Source: Mayamaea pseudoterrestris (taxonomy: Eukaryota). From it: 64,000 nucleotides of DNA. The DNA lies in assembly GCA_027923505.1 (NCBI GenBank), contig BROI01000006.1, forward strand, positions 620,001-684,000. Direction: 5' to 3'. Both the position numbers and the translations under genes were made by a program. Of the stretch, positions 22,681 to 35,083 are shown in pieces (position 1 is the first letter of the stretch; every line of letters starts with the position of its first letter). The notes under the pieces were generated by a model, which saw nothing but the letters and a program-made list of their open reading frames with translations, did no database searches and was not told where the DNA came from.

Positions 22681-24183
22681 ATGGCCAACTCCATTAGCAT
22701 CTCGGATGCCTTTGACGGTGGAAACATCAAGCACGTTGCAACGACGCCCGATGCAGATACGCTCAATGTTTCGTTGCACATTAAACCGGACGTTTACACG
22801 GAACTGGAAAACATTCAGCACATGCAGTACTTTTGCTTTCGCGCCATGATCAACTTTACTGATAGTAGTAATTCTTCTTCAAGTCAACAAACTGTCAAGT
22901 ACTCGATTGACAATGCCAGCAAGGTTTCCTATCCACTGGCTTGGACGGGAAGTACCGTCTTTTACTCGACCGACTATAGCAACGTTGACGGATGGAAGCG
23001 CGTCAAGGATACCTTTTACACGGAAGGTTGCCTTTGGTGGGAATATACGCATCAGCAGCAGAGTGAAAGTGTCGTTTACTTCACCTACTTTCCGCCGTAC
23101 ACCTACGAGCGACACTTGCAGTTGATTAACAAGTGTCAAGCGTATGCCCACGTGGAGAGTTTGGGGCAGAGTCCGGATGGTCGTGAGATTGAATGCGTCA
23201 AGGTTGGAACAGGTGATTTGGTATGCTGGATGATTCATCGGCAGCATCCTGGTGAAACCATGGCGGAACATTATGCGGAAGGTATGTAGTTTTCGTGGGC
23301 AACGATTTGAAAATTGACAAAGCACGATGCTCATGACTCAATTGAATCTGATTCTGACTCAATCATCACGTCGTTTGCATCTACAGGTCTCTTGAATCGT
23401 CTACTTGGTCTAGAGACACAAGGCGCACTTGACGATCAAACCAAGCGCTTGCTTGGTTTGTATACCTTTTACATTGTGCCATGCATGTGCCCCGATGGAG
23501 CTGTGCGCGGCCACTTGCGGACCAATGGCTGCGGGGCCAATCTCAACCGCGAATGGGCCAACAAGAGCAAGTACGAAGCTCCAACGATGCAGCGGTCGCC
23601 CGAAGTGATTGCGGTGCTTTCCAAAATGGACCAAACTGGCGTTGACATATTTTTGGATATTCACGGCGATGAAGAGCTGCCGTACAATTTTCTCAGTGGT
23701 GCGGAATGCATTCCCAAGTGGGGCAAGCGACTCGAGTCGCTGCATGGGGCGTTTTGTGCGTCATATGCGCGCGCCAACAGCGACATGCAAAAAACGATTG
23801 GATACCCTCCATCCGAAGAGCCGGAGGAGGTACTCAAGTATATGAACGTTGCCACCAATCAAGTATGCAACCGCTTTGACTGCTTTGGCGCAACGTTGGA
23901 AATGCCCTTCAAGGACTGTCTTTCGAACTCTGACCCGGATCGCGGTTGGAGCCCACTGCGGTCGCGCCAGTTGGGTGCCAGCGTACTAGATCCGCTCGAG
24001 TATGTGCATCCGTACCTGCGCGCGGAGGGAGAGTTTTGGCTGTCATTGTCGGCGGAGGATGCCTACGTTGCACCTACCGATGACTATCAGGATGAGCTAC
24101 CAGGCGCTTCAACCGAGTTCAAGATGCTCAAGAAGCGGTTTTATTCGGATGTCCATGAGATGCACAAGCCGATGTGCAAATAA
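22681..24183 (+). CDS. M14 zinc carboxypeptidase, cytosolic (CCP) bacterial-like type
   Basis: N-terminal AFDGGNI, YFPPYTYERH and RQHPGE (HxxE). Intron 23282..23386. Then PDG..RGHLRTN, NLNREW, LDIHGDE and TLEMPFKD. Confidence 0.92.
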
Positions 24184-24293
24184 ATTACTTGTAAGGCAAA
24201 TAATGTCTACAATCTACAATAGTATAGAAGTTGCAGAATACTTGATTGCAACGTGCAGACATCACTTTCATACGATCAAGTTAGGCATTGATT

Positions 24294-25290
24294 TTACTTG
24301 GTTTGGTTCTTGACTCCTTCGATTCTAGCGCGGATCTGATCTTGGTCTCCCAAGTATCGTCCCTGCAGAGGAGCAATCGCACCACCCTGCGGGATAGGTC
24401 GAAGATTATCATCAAGCTCATAGACGAGCGGAGCTCCCGTGGGAATGTTGAGCTCAGCAATAGTACTTTCATCAATATTGTCCAAGTGCTTCACGAGGGC
24501 GCGAAGCGAGTTGCCGTGCGCCGCCACCAAGACCGTCTTGCCGCTTTTTAGTTGCGGAGCAATATTGTGCTCGTAGAATGGAACAACGCGTTCCAAAGTC
24601 GTTGCCAAACTTTCGGTAAAGTCGGCGGAAAACTCGTGGGACGCGTAGCGCGGGTCGTTGGACGGATGGTGCGGACTCGACGTGTCGACCACTGGTGGCG
24701 GAACGTCGTAGCTGCGACGCCAAACAAGCACTTGGTCCTTTCCAAACTTGTCGACAGTCTCCTGCTTGTCGAGTCCCTGCAAAGATCCGTAGTGTCGCTC
24801 GTTGAGCTCCCAGTGCTTGCTGACTGGAATCCACATGAGGTTGGTTTGTTCCAATACATGCCATAGCGTACGAATCGCACGTTGCAACAGTGACGTAAAG
24901 GCAACATCAGCCACTAAGCCCTCCTTCTTGATGAGCTGGCCAGCCTCGATCACCTCCTGGTGGCCCTTGTCGCTGAGCGGACAGTCATACCAGCCTGTGA
25001 ATCGGTTCTCCAAGTTCCAGGTTGACTCGCCGTGTCGCACCAAAATGAGAGTGTGCTTGCTCGCTATTTGCTGTAGACGGAGACTGTAATAAAACAGATG
25101 GGTTGTAAGTGAGAAATGCAGTTTCAGGCATCATATTTCAAGGCAGTGACTTTGCGTGTCGGCGATTGTTCTATTGTTCGAAGTCTGTCGATCAAGACTT
25201 GTCTCATTGACGGTCCAAGTCGCTTACTTACCTGCTCAGCGAGGATACGCGAGTCACCAGGCGCAACGATGATCGGGAGACGGAGAACAT
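24294..25290 (-). CDS. gpmA: 2,3-BPG-dependent phosphoglycerate mutase with mitochondrial-type presequence
   Basis: Exon 25290..25232 and intron 25231..25084 give MFSVSRSSLRLVTRVSSLSSLRLQQIASKHTLILVRHGES. Also LNERHYGSLQG, WRRSYD, AAHGNSLRAL and ELNIPTG. Confidence 0.93.
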
Positions 25291-25640
25291 TTCTAAAGAG
25301 TAGCAAAGTGTTGTGCAGCGAGGATCAACTGGATTGTTGGGTGGTGGTAATGAAGGTCGTCGGCGACGATGATGTTTTCGTTTGCCAGAGCGCACTTTTG
25401 AAACTTCGCGTCGAGGTCGCCGCGCAAGTGACGTACTCGAGAGTCTTAACCCTAAATGCGAACGTTTTAGCTACGGCTTGGCAGCCAGCAACCTGAGCAA
25501 GCCTTAGCGATCTCGTGCATTTACTGTACATACCGTAGACTATCATACATACAGCGCAGTTTCAGGTTTATTGCATTGTATACTATTTCGCAAGCATGGG
25601 AAGCGAGGAACCGTAAGCTACACGAGTAAGTGTATTGCTT

Positions 25641-26432
25641 CTATGCTTCCATATCATCTGCACCAGGCATAAACTCGGCGATAAAGGCTGGAAACACCAC
25701 TTCACGTTCATTCAGCTTGCGACCAAGCTTGTACAAGTGCTGAACGGCGCGCTCCACTTCTTTTTCTCCAGCGCACCAAAGGTCGACTCGTTGGCACATT
25801 AGCAAGGCATTTTCTGCTCGCGTAAACTCGTCGTTGGGTCCGCTCTTGATGACTTCCAATTGCTCATTCATGTTCGACTTGAGTCCCAAGTAGACTTGCA
25901 AGTCATTCGTCACCTTGGCATCGTCCTTCCACTCCGGAAAGTCTTGCTCCAAGTAGGGTCGTTCCGGGTCAAACCCCGGGCTCTTGAAGCGCTCAATCTG
26001 CATACGATTCCAATCCGTCGCTAGAAACGTCTTGGCAGCTTCCACGCGTGTTTCACTGATGGTACCGTTCACGTCTCGAAAGCGGCCCGTTTGAATCATG
26101 AATCGAAGCAAGTCTTGAATCGTCCACTCCAGTTCCGTCGTGACGGCTGGCATGGCGTTTTCCGTGGTTCGCATGAGGAGTGGGAAATTGGGATTTAGCA
26201 GCTTGAGCTCATCATAGTTCTTGGAATAATATTTCCTGTGATAGGCAATGAAGGGCTTTTGAGAATTACTGGTAGCCATTCGACGACCGCAACCCTTTTG
26301 CGTCGTTGGTCGGCAATTTCAAGTTGCAGACTACTTTTTCACTCACATTACTCCTCGAGACGAAGGACTATTGGGACATGCAAAGAAGCGCAAGCATGGC
26401 AAATAGCGAGAGAGGCCGGCCTTCCACGACAT
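25641..26432 (-). CDS. NDUFA2: L51/S25/CI-B8 domain protein, NDUFA2 (complex I B8)-like, extended to 226 aa
   Basis: Exon 26432..26347 (MSWKAGLSRYLPCLRFFACPNSPSSRGV), intron 26346..26236, then MKYYSKNYDELKLLNPNFPLLMR, matching the B8 N-terminal pattern. Confidence 0.75.
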
Positions 26433-26788
26433 GGTTTGTGAAAGGTGCGAGACGATGGCAAGGTAGGCTGTGACGGCGATCCACCATTGTGACGCTCGTG
26501 TTGCGCCACTCGCAAGGCAACCCGGATGCGGTCAGCTATCGGTAGCGATTGACTGTAAATCACAAGACTTTGCAAAAGAAGCTTTAGCTTTGCAATAGAG
26601 CAACCCAATACAGATAATTGGCACTAAATATATGTATACTTATGCAATCACACTACCTTGGAAGAAGACCAACGAAGCATCAGAGCTGTCAAATCTTCGA
26701 AGGAAAGATTAGAAAATCAGACCATGCAAACTCGTACAAAGCACAAGACTGATGCCCAGCAAAATGTATCCTCAATCACTTGAATGAG

Positions 26789-29038
26789 CTACATTTCAGG
26801 GTTTTCGTGGAACTTGATGCCAGGAGAAATCTATACAAAAAAGAGATTGGTGAGAGAACACGTTTGTCAAAACCAAAGCAACATGACAGTACAAAAGAAG
26901 CGCTTACCTTGATATCAGCGTAGGCTTCATCTTGCTCAAGCTCAATATAGTCCCAAGTCTTGAGCTGCAGTAGTTCAAAAAATACGCCAGACGCAGTGCG
27001 TCGCGACGTTGTGCCTTTCGTCATTTCATTGAACGAGACAAAGCCTGGCTTATCTGGATCGTCAAGGCCCAACGTATCTTTCAACAGCTTAAAGACTCGA
27101 ATGGTGTGCTTGTGCCACTTGGTCGTGCTGTTAATGACCTGATCGCCAGCTTCCTGGCGCGGCTCGCCGTCGTCGTCGTTGACAAAATCATTGACAAGAC
27201 CAAGTGATAGACCAGAGTGACGAGACGCATGACTTTCATCTGCAAATAATTTTTTAATTATTTAAACAACGTGAGTTTAAAGCAAGAATGATAATGAATT
27301 GGAACAAATCAAATAAACTTACTTTCGACCGCTTCCAAATCGTCCGCCATGTAACCCGAGTCATCCTTGGGAGGAGGCATGTGCTCGTCGTCATCAAATG
27401 GCATGGGCGCATCATCGTCATCCGGAGGCGGGAATTCGCCATCATCTCCTTTTGGGAAGGAATGCTCGTCGTCAAACATGCCTTCGCTTTGGTTGTCTGT
27501 GCCGGCAGATTGACGAGCAATTTCAGCATCTTCCACCTCGTCCGTATCGGCAGTGCGGCTCGTCTTGACAGACATGGGCGACGGAGGATTCAATTCTATT
27601 GGAACCGGACGACCAAAGACAGGCGCTGTTGTCATGTCGAAAACATCCATGATTGACTTGGAACACGCACCATCATCTGCAACCGACGGTCGCGTAAAGA
27701 GACGGGCATATCCCAAAAAGGCCACCATTTCCTCTTGCAAGCGATCCGTCGACGATAATACACTTGCATCAGGGTCGTACGCAGCAAAATCCTCGAAAGG
27801 ATGTACATATGTACACGAGTCCTCTTGGAATAGTTTCTTCATGTGTGCATTACTCAGTTCTTCTTCGTTTTCGTCAAACTTGACGCGACGAACTTTGTGA
27901 TTGTCTTCCTTGGAGACGCGGCGCTTGCGTTTCTTAGAGCTACTCTGCTTCGAAACGTCAACTTCCTCCGAGTCATCTAACCCGTCAATCAAGCCCTTAT
28001 CGTCACTGGCCGAAGCAGAAAGCATGTCGTTCGAAATGGATAGTCGCATGATATTCGAGGTCCGGCCGTCGCCCATCGGGTATTCGTCGTCGTCCGCGAA
28101 TGGCATGGGCGCGTCATCGTCGTTATTCATGGGGAATGATTCCTCGTCCGAATAGTTTTGCTTGTCACCTGGAGACACCGCATGTTCCTTGTCAAACGAG
28201 CTCGTTTCGGTAAGCTGCATTGCAATGCGAGCGTGGGTCAGTGATTTGACGCAACCGGCAAAGTCCGCAACATTGGTGCATCCTAACATCAACAACGTAC
28301 CTTTGGTTCCGACAAATGAGAGTCATCCGCCGCTCGAGTAACTTCAATATCTGAAAGCTTGTCTTCCTCATCGTCACGAACGCCTTTCACCTTCGCATCA
28401 ACCTCCTCCTCGTCTTCTTCTTCGTCCTCGTCCGGATCAAAAGCGGTCCAATTTTGCACCGCTGGTCGGCGCAGCAACGTATCCTCCGACTGCATGGTCA
28501 TATCGAGCGACGCATCATCGTCCATGTCCGAAGAGGAGCGACCTTGCGAGCGACTGCCTCGTCGAAAATCATTTGCCTCGCCGTCATCGCCAGGAATCCA
28601 AAGGTGAGCAATCGCATCTCCGTTAATTTCCGTCGGTACTTGAAAGTCAGCATCAAGCTCGAGTAAGATTTCATGGTACTCTCCAAAGTTTGGTACCAAA
28701 TTTTCTTGCTGATGATTGCGCGGCTGCAAATCGACGGCAGCCTTTTCCGACTGTTGCGCATTCGGACGAAACGCCATTTTAATTTTGATAATTGCTTCAT
28801 GAGCGTCATTCATCAGATACTTGACCTTGCGAGAGTAAATACGCACGACTCCAAGCAGCAAGTGACCCGAAATGCGGAGGGCCAGCGGTACCTGCGGGTG
28901 AACGATATTGTCAACCGACTCGGAAATGTCGCAGGAAAAAACCTGGGCGCGTCCAAGCTTCTTGTCGCCCCAATGAGCGGCTAGCCAGACCTTGCCGAGA
29001 GCGCCCTTTTTAGCTAAAATAATTTGGGAATAAAACAT
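26789..29038 (-). CDS. RAD21: Rad21/Rec8 kleisin cohesin subunit
   Basis: MFYSQIILAKKGALGKVWLAAHW, LRISGHLLLGVVRIYSRK and C-terminal RRTASGVFFELLQLKT..IELEQDEAYADIKISPG. Introns 28300..28215, 27322..27240 and 26907..26831. Confidence 0.93.
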
Positions 29039-30048
29039 GGCTTTGGTCGCTGCGATAAAATAGAATTGGAAGGCTAGATGAGAACCAATGCATTATCTCG
29101 ACGCAGCAGCAGCATTGTCGTGAAGCTCAATATTGCTGTCAAAGGAAGATACGCGCCAGCTGTAGCGCGACAGTACTTACAGCGCTAAACAATTTTAGTT
29201 GCATTCAATGCGAATAGTAGTTCGAAGGCGCCTCAAGGAAAGTAGAGGTTCGTTTCGTGCGCTGCCGCAGGTAGATTCAAGTCGAAGGAAAATGCAGTGG
29301 CGCTGCTGCCATGGCGGAAACGCGATTGTGGCTTGCGGCGGCATGGCCGGCGCGCAAGCGTCGCCGCTGAAACGTCATTGGACTGATAAGGTTAAGGCTA
29401 CATTTAGCTATGGGCCCGCTCGATTTCGATTTCTTTTTCAGTATGTAGTTGTAGAATGATGATGCCTACAGTACGCAGAAGTTTGATGGGAGGCGAGTAG
29501 TCTATGTAGGGTAGTAGTTTAAATTGACTAAACAGTGTGACGACTTGCCCTAATGGAATTAGTACGTATACCTGTACACCATACCGTTTAGGCTATGGCA
29601 GCACCACTTGCTAACGAACGTGAACGACGCGATTCTTGCACTAATACATGCGCCGGCACATGCGCACAGCATCCCATCCTCTGCGAAGTTTTGGTGGAGC
29701 GCACGGTGGACCCTCGGATTGACAGCAAAGCACTAACAGAGCACGCCCGAGCAAGCAAGACGCATGATAAGTGGACGAACTCACTGGAAAGGCGCCAGTG
29801 CACGAATGGTGTCTCTATTCATGCTCGTTTACCACTCGTGGGTGCTTTGCTACGTAGAATCCCATGGGTTTCCTACGAAGATGATTTTACTATGCCCTCG
29901 ATCAACGCGGTGTCTATGACGTTACCTAACTTACGCCTGACAGTCAATTAATTCTAGTTAGTATTGCCCATGTTCGCATAATGACCATCGTCGCCACACG
30001 ATCGACGGTGCGGCCCACAATTTTGCGAAACGCGGCCTGTGATTGATT

Positions 30049-31723
30049 ATGTGCCTTGACCAAGCACGAAGCAGCCTCCACATGCCCATGATGAATCGCG
30101 ATGGCATGCACAGCAACTTTCAAGGCAGAAACCCAACTGATGAGTGGATTGATGATATAAAGTACCCCGGGGCGGGGTCACGCGTTGCAGCTATAGTAGC
30201 TCAGCAGCAACAACAGCAGCAACCCTTTATTTCTCGGCGAAGCAGCGACTTTTCTTCCTTTCCTTCGCACCTTCAGGAAGAAAGCCAGCGATCAGACTCC
30301 TTTCATGCTAGTATTAACTCTGCTGAAGATCTCTATCAGCTCCAGCAACAACAGCAGCAGCAAATTCAGCGCTTGCCGGATCGAAGTAATAATGACCAGA
30401 GGGTCCGATATTTGGAGCAGCGAATCAGGGACGAAGCAACTCGTGCATCAGTTGCAGAGCAAGCATACCTACGAGCAAGAGAAGAGTCAAGAATTCTTCA
30501 GCAAGCATACTTGTCTCTCTCGCCGACGCCGCTCCACTCTGGAGCTGCCCTGCCGCCCATGGGGCTCCATCCAAGTCACTTGGCCGGTCACGCTCAACCG
30601 TCGGCTCTGCTACCGGTAGCTGGCATGGAGCATTACGCCTCGACTGCTACCATACCCTCTTCTTTGTCTAGTCTTTACCCCCAACATAGCAGTATATCGG
30701 TACCGATGCAATATCCCATGGGAGTTGCGCATCCAAATCTGTCCCCAAATTTTCCCTATCCGCAGCAGCGAGTGGACAATCTTTCGGGGCTTCGACCCTT
30801 TTCCAATTATGCAGCTGCACCATCGATGGACCAGCATCATCAACAACTACAAGTGACCAGAGCCGAGTCAAAGGCGCCCTCCCGAGCCCTGGCCATTGTC
30901 AAGTACCTTGGCAACACAGTTCAGCAAGGCCAAGCGTACATGGACGTGACCAAGCTGGAGGGACTCGAAAACGCTTGCTGCGACGGAGACGACACACCCA
31001 AAAAGCCGCCATCGCATCATGAGCCTTCCAAATCGTTTCCCGAAAAGCTTCACGCCCTCGTCGCCATGGCCGAGTCGGATGAACAGCTTCGAGAAATTGT
31101 CACCTTTTGTCCACATGGCCGCGCCTTTCAAGTGCTTGACATTGCAAGGTTCTGCGCCGAAATTGTCCCAAAGTTCTTTACACGCTTGGGGCAATGGAAA
31201 AGTTTCACGCGGCAGCTGAATCTGTACGGATTTACAAGAATATCGTAAGTCTGTTTTTGCCTTTGTAAATGAGCACGGCGCAAGCATGCAAAGAATGGTA
31301 GCGGCTGTGATGATGTGTCGGAACTGAATCTGGCGACAACACTCACGTCTACCTCTGTTTTCAATCATCCAGGTACGGACCAGACGCTGGTGGCTACTAT
31401 CATCCACTGTAAGTTTCATTCGGGCGGTGCTGTGCTTAACTGTCATTTGCGCCAGTCCGACAGCATTCAACTGTATCGGGCAGCTCACATCAAAGACAAG
31501 AACCCAAAACAATTTGTTGTCACTATACATCATACTGACAAAACCTGCTCTTATTCTCTTTTCCAAATATAGGTTTCTACGAAACCACGCGTACTTGTGT
31601 CGATTCATGACGCGAGTGGGCGTCACGACGGCGGGCGTTGACCGACGCTACAAGAGCGCCAAGGCTCCCAAGGAAGCGCTTCAGCAGACACCTGACTTTT
31701 ACGGAATGGATCCCGTGACTTGA
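30049..31723 (+). CDS. HSF-type DNA-binding transcription factor (C-terminal DBD)
   Basis: FPEKLH...HGRAF...WKSFTRQLNLYGF. Introns 31245..31372 and 31409..31572 flank a 36-nt exon (YGPDAGGYYHPL), and the last exon reads FLRNHAYLCRFMTR. The start may be ATG 30082. Confidence 0.9.
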
Positions 31724-32090
31724 TGTCAGTAATGCGGATGGGGGGATGCATACATTTGAGCCTAAAAACCTTTAATCTTCGAAGCTTATTAAAATGTTTC
31801 ATAAAGTGTATCGGATAAGAATGCTACCATGAGCAAGCGTAACAAAAAACCAAGCCAACACCTATATCTCTTACTATATGTCATATGATGCATCTACTGG
31901 AGTAACGCTATGATGTCAAAGGTCTGTCGCCGACTTGCTTTGCAAGGGCTAGCTGGATGTCACATCGGTTCTGAGTCGTTTTTTCGGTTCGCTCAAAACG
32001 CTTCGCGCCGTCCATCCACTTCACAACTTCCTTTGTTCGAGGCCCTTTCGTAGTTGGTTTGCCCAACTACCCGTAGTTTTCAGCATTACC

Positions 32091-33162
32091 ATGATACCAA
32101 TCAACAGATCATCATTGATGCTTGTCGCAATTGGTGTTTCCATTGCATTGACCGCAATTCTTCACACATGGACGGTCGCTTCAAGCTGCCCGCCGCGCAC
32201 AAGCCTTTCCATGATGAATCTGTCCTGTCCACTGTCAGCAGTGACTCCAAATCGAAACAAGCACAAGAAGCAAACATTGCCAGTGAGAAATGAGAATGGA
32301 CTGATTATTGTCTTTATTGTGAGTAGATAATGAAGCTCGCGGCGTGTAGGGAAGCTGGAGCACGGATCGCAAGCGTGACAGTCGACACCATGAATCTCTC
32401 TGACATACACCTTTTCTTCAATGTAAACAGCACATTCCAAAGACTGGTGGAACCTCGACGCGCGCAGCCCTCTCCAAAGCATCCGACGAGTTCCTCTTTG
32501 GCCTCGGCGAGGAAGCCTGCCGCAAGCACGTGGATACCATGTACCGACAGCTCTCCAACTGGACGCCTGGCAAGTTTTTGCTGTTTGAGCTTCATACATT
32601 GACTTGTCCACCGTACATGGCGCATCGACATCATTTGGAAGCCTGGCGAAACATGGCAGCCTTTCAGGAGATTCCATTCTTTGCCTTCTCCATGGTTCGC
32701 GAACCATATTCGAATGCTGTCAGTTGGTATTCCTACTACTTTGGACCAGTTGGTTTCAATCATGAGCTGACGGAGGATGATTTCAAAGATTCACTGGTGC
32801 ATAACGTACAGTCGCTGTTTCTTGCTCGATCAGAGCAAGCATACCGACACAAAGAGTTGCGAATAGGATATAGTCGACAAGAGTTTGAAACAGTCGCCAA
32901 GTACTTTTTGCAGGACATGGACTGGATTGGAACCTTGGAGCAGCAATCCACCGAAACGATTCCACTTTTAAATCGAGTCACAAACATGAAACTAAATTTT
33001 GAGCACAAGAATGAATCACCCGACTCGTTTGGCAAAACCAATGTTACCGAAGCTACCAAGGAATGGGTACTGGAGGAAAATGCATGGGACATTGAACTGT
33101 ATCAGCAAGCTCAAGCTCGCTTTCCAATCAACATGTGGGAGACGAGCAAGCGTCGAGGGTGA
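32091..33162 (+). CDS. type II membrane sulfotransferase
   Basis: TM anchor in exon 1. Removing intron 32319..32430 restores IVFIHIPKTGGTS (5'-PSB). Also VREPYSNAVSWYSY (3'-PB), DWIGTLE and N.WDIELY. Confidence 0.88.
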
Positions 33163-33248
33163 AGCAAATGGGAAAATGCATGGGACATTGAACTGTATCA
33201 TCAATATCTCGCTTGCTCAACATGTGCTGGAGACTAGCAACGTAGAGG
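33075..33248 (+). repeat. degenerate tandem duplication (period 96) of the sulfotransferase 3' end
   Basis: ggaaaatgcatgggacattgaactgtatca is identical at 33075-33104 and 33171-33200, and degenerate similarity continues to about 33248. Confidence 0.85.
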
Positions 33249-33499
33249 ACCTGGTTTGGGGTACTTTGTACTTTCTTCCATACACCCACTTTGATCGGGT
33301 CTGCTCTACACGTGCGGCGCGATCTCTCGGTTAAAGGCCGGCCTTATTGTGTGCTTGCGTTCATACTTTGGCTGAACTGAATATAAACAGCCTGATTTAA
33401 CGGAACCACGCGTTTACTGAACAGCTCTCCAATTGCCATTTGGCGGCAGTATATGCACAGAATAAGAATCAAATTTTATTATAGCGTATATCGATTTTG

Positions 33500-35083
33500 C
33501 TAGCGTCTTTCAAGTCCACATTGTATCAACTCTGGTAAACTCGCTGGATCAATTCCATTTTGCCACGCTTCCATGATTCTATGATACTCCACCAGTTCCT
33601 CCAACAACTCTGATGACGTTCGCCAAGAGTCGTAGTGAGGTGGCTGGGAACTGCCAATGACGGCGGTCCGGGCAAAGGACGACGCCAGAAACAAGTCTTG
33701 AAAGAATCCGGCGCCGGCGAACGGGCCGTGCTCGTAAAGCACTCCGAGACCTTTTGCGTGATTGGCAACATGAATGGAGCAGTTCATGAACGAATTGGAA
33801 TTGGAAAAGTAAGATCGAAGTCTCTTGAGTGTGCAGGGACGATCCGACATGAGCGCAACGGCGCATGATGATGGCAACGTGGAAGAATGTTTGGTTGCTT
33901 TCACTCGTCGCAGTACCATATGAATGCATTGATCCTCGAGCGTCACGTTGCAGCCATCATCTTTCGAGGACACGTGACGAGAGTGAATCGCCATGGTGAA
34001 AGGAAAATTGTTCGCTTGGTCTCCTGCCGCCACAGTGGTGGCTCGTTGCGACGACAACATTTCGTTCGGCTCACGCATTTCTGGTCGCAGATCAAAGGCT
34101 GATCGAAACAGTAAACCAAAGAGAAAGCGATGGCCCATGGAGAAGAGCGCATCCACACGCTCCAACGTTTCGTTACGTTTGAGCTTGAGCGCCCGCGTCT
34201 TGGGCCAGCGACCAAACGCATCGTATCGCCTGGACATTGGGCGGAACGCCAAGACTTGGACCGCGTCATAGGCAACGTCAATGCCTCTTTGTGAATATAC
34301 GTGACTAGACTGCGGTCCAAAGTCATTGACATTGACATATGTGGCATCATGCGGCAAACCAAGTGGAGCTTGCCATTCGTCGTAGCTGGCAATCCAGGGA
34401 GCTCGATCTAAAATCTTGGCGCAATCGTCCAAAGTATTGTTGATTCTGCATTGTGCATCTTCATTGACAAAGTCAAATCGCTCCTGGAGACGCTGGCAGT
34501 GCGCGTCAGTCAAATATCGATACAGCAAGGTGCGATTCAGCAGGACGGCCCAAAAGTACGAGTTTAAGAATTCGTGCAGCCGGTTACCAGCCGACTGCGG
34601 ACAGCGATAATATGCGATGAGGAACTTGCGACATTCGGGACGCTGCGTCACGCTGTCGACAGAATGGTGTTGTCTGTAGTCCTCCAGTATCTGCAATGGT
34701 AACGGTAGTGTTTGTTTCTTGCTGGTCAGTGATGGATATTCTTGCAGAATGCTTCGATATGAGGAGGTCTTTGCATTGGATATTCGTTCCTTAGCTGCTT
34801 GAGAGTTATCCATCCATGCCGGCCAACTTGAAAGATCTGCTGGATCGCAAATAAAGTCTTCATCAATGGAAAGCGGCTCAATGTTTTGTATTCTCCATGG
34901 ACCGTTTGAAACGCTTTCATCGTCTTTTTCCTCCTCCTGGTGGCTGGTGCGATTGATAATCGGCTCAAAGAGACCGTCCAACTCGTTTACAATGTTAAAG
35001 TTATGAATGCTTGCATAGAGACATGCAAAAGCTAGCGCAACGGGTATAACAAGCGTCCATTTTAGCTTCTTGCCCATGGCCAT
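33500..35083 (-). CDS. type II membrane glycosyltransferase, fucosyltransferase-like (GT11/GT23/GT37-like)
   Basis: N-terminal TM, SAGNRL....F.AVLLNRTL (cf. GLGNR..A.L.NRTL), MAIHSRH (cf. GxHxR GDP-fucose motif), LMSD and FFQDLFLAS. Confidence 0.65.
   Translation of the reverse strand: MAMGKKLKWTLVIPVALAFACLYASIHNFNIVNELDGLFEPIINRTSHQEEEKDDESVSNGPWRIQNIEPLSIDEDFICDPADLSSWPAWMDNSQAAKERISNAKTSSYRSILQEYPSLTSKKQTLPLPLQILEDYRQHHSVDSVTQRPECRKFLIAYYRCPQSAGNRLHEFLNSYFWAVLLNRTLLYRYLTDAHCQRLQERFDFVNEDAQCRINNTLDDCAKILDRAPWIASYDEWQAPLGLPHDATYVNVNDFGPQSSHVYSQRGIDVAYDAVQVLAFRPMSRRYDAFGRWPKTRALKLKRNETLERVDALFSMGHRFLFGLLFRSAFDLRPEMREPNEMLSSQRATTVAAGDQANNFPFTMAIHSRHVSSKDDGCNVTLEDQCIHMVLRRVKATKHSSTLPSSCAVALMSDRPCTLKRLRSYFSNSNSFMNCSIHVANHAKGLGVLYEHGPFAGAGFFQDLFLASSFARTAVIGSSQPPHYDSWRTSSELLEELVEYHRIMEAWQNGIDPASLPELIQCGLERR

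Noticed and set aside
13070..29038. Claspin-like and Rad21 as a chromosome-cohesion cluster
   Set aside because: They are separated by five unrelated genes, which is compatible with chance.
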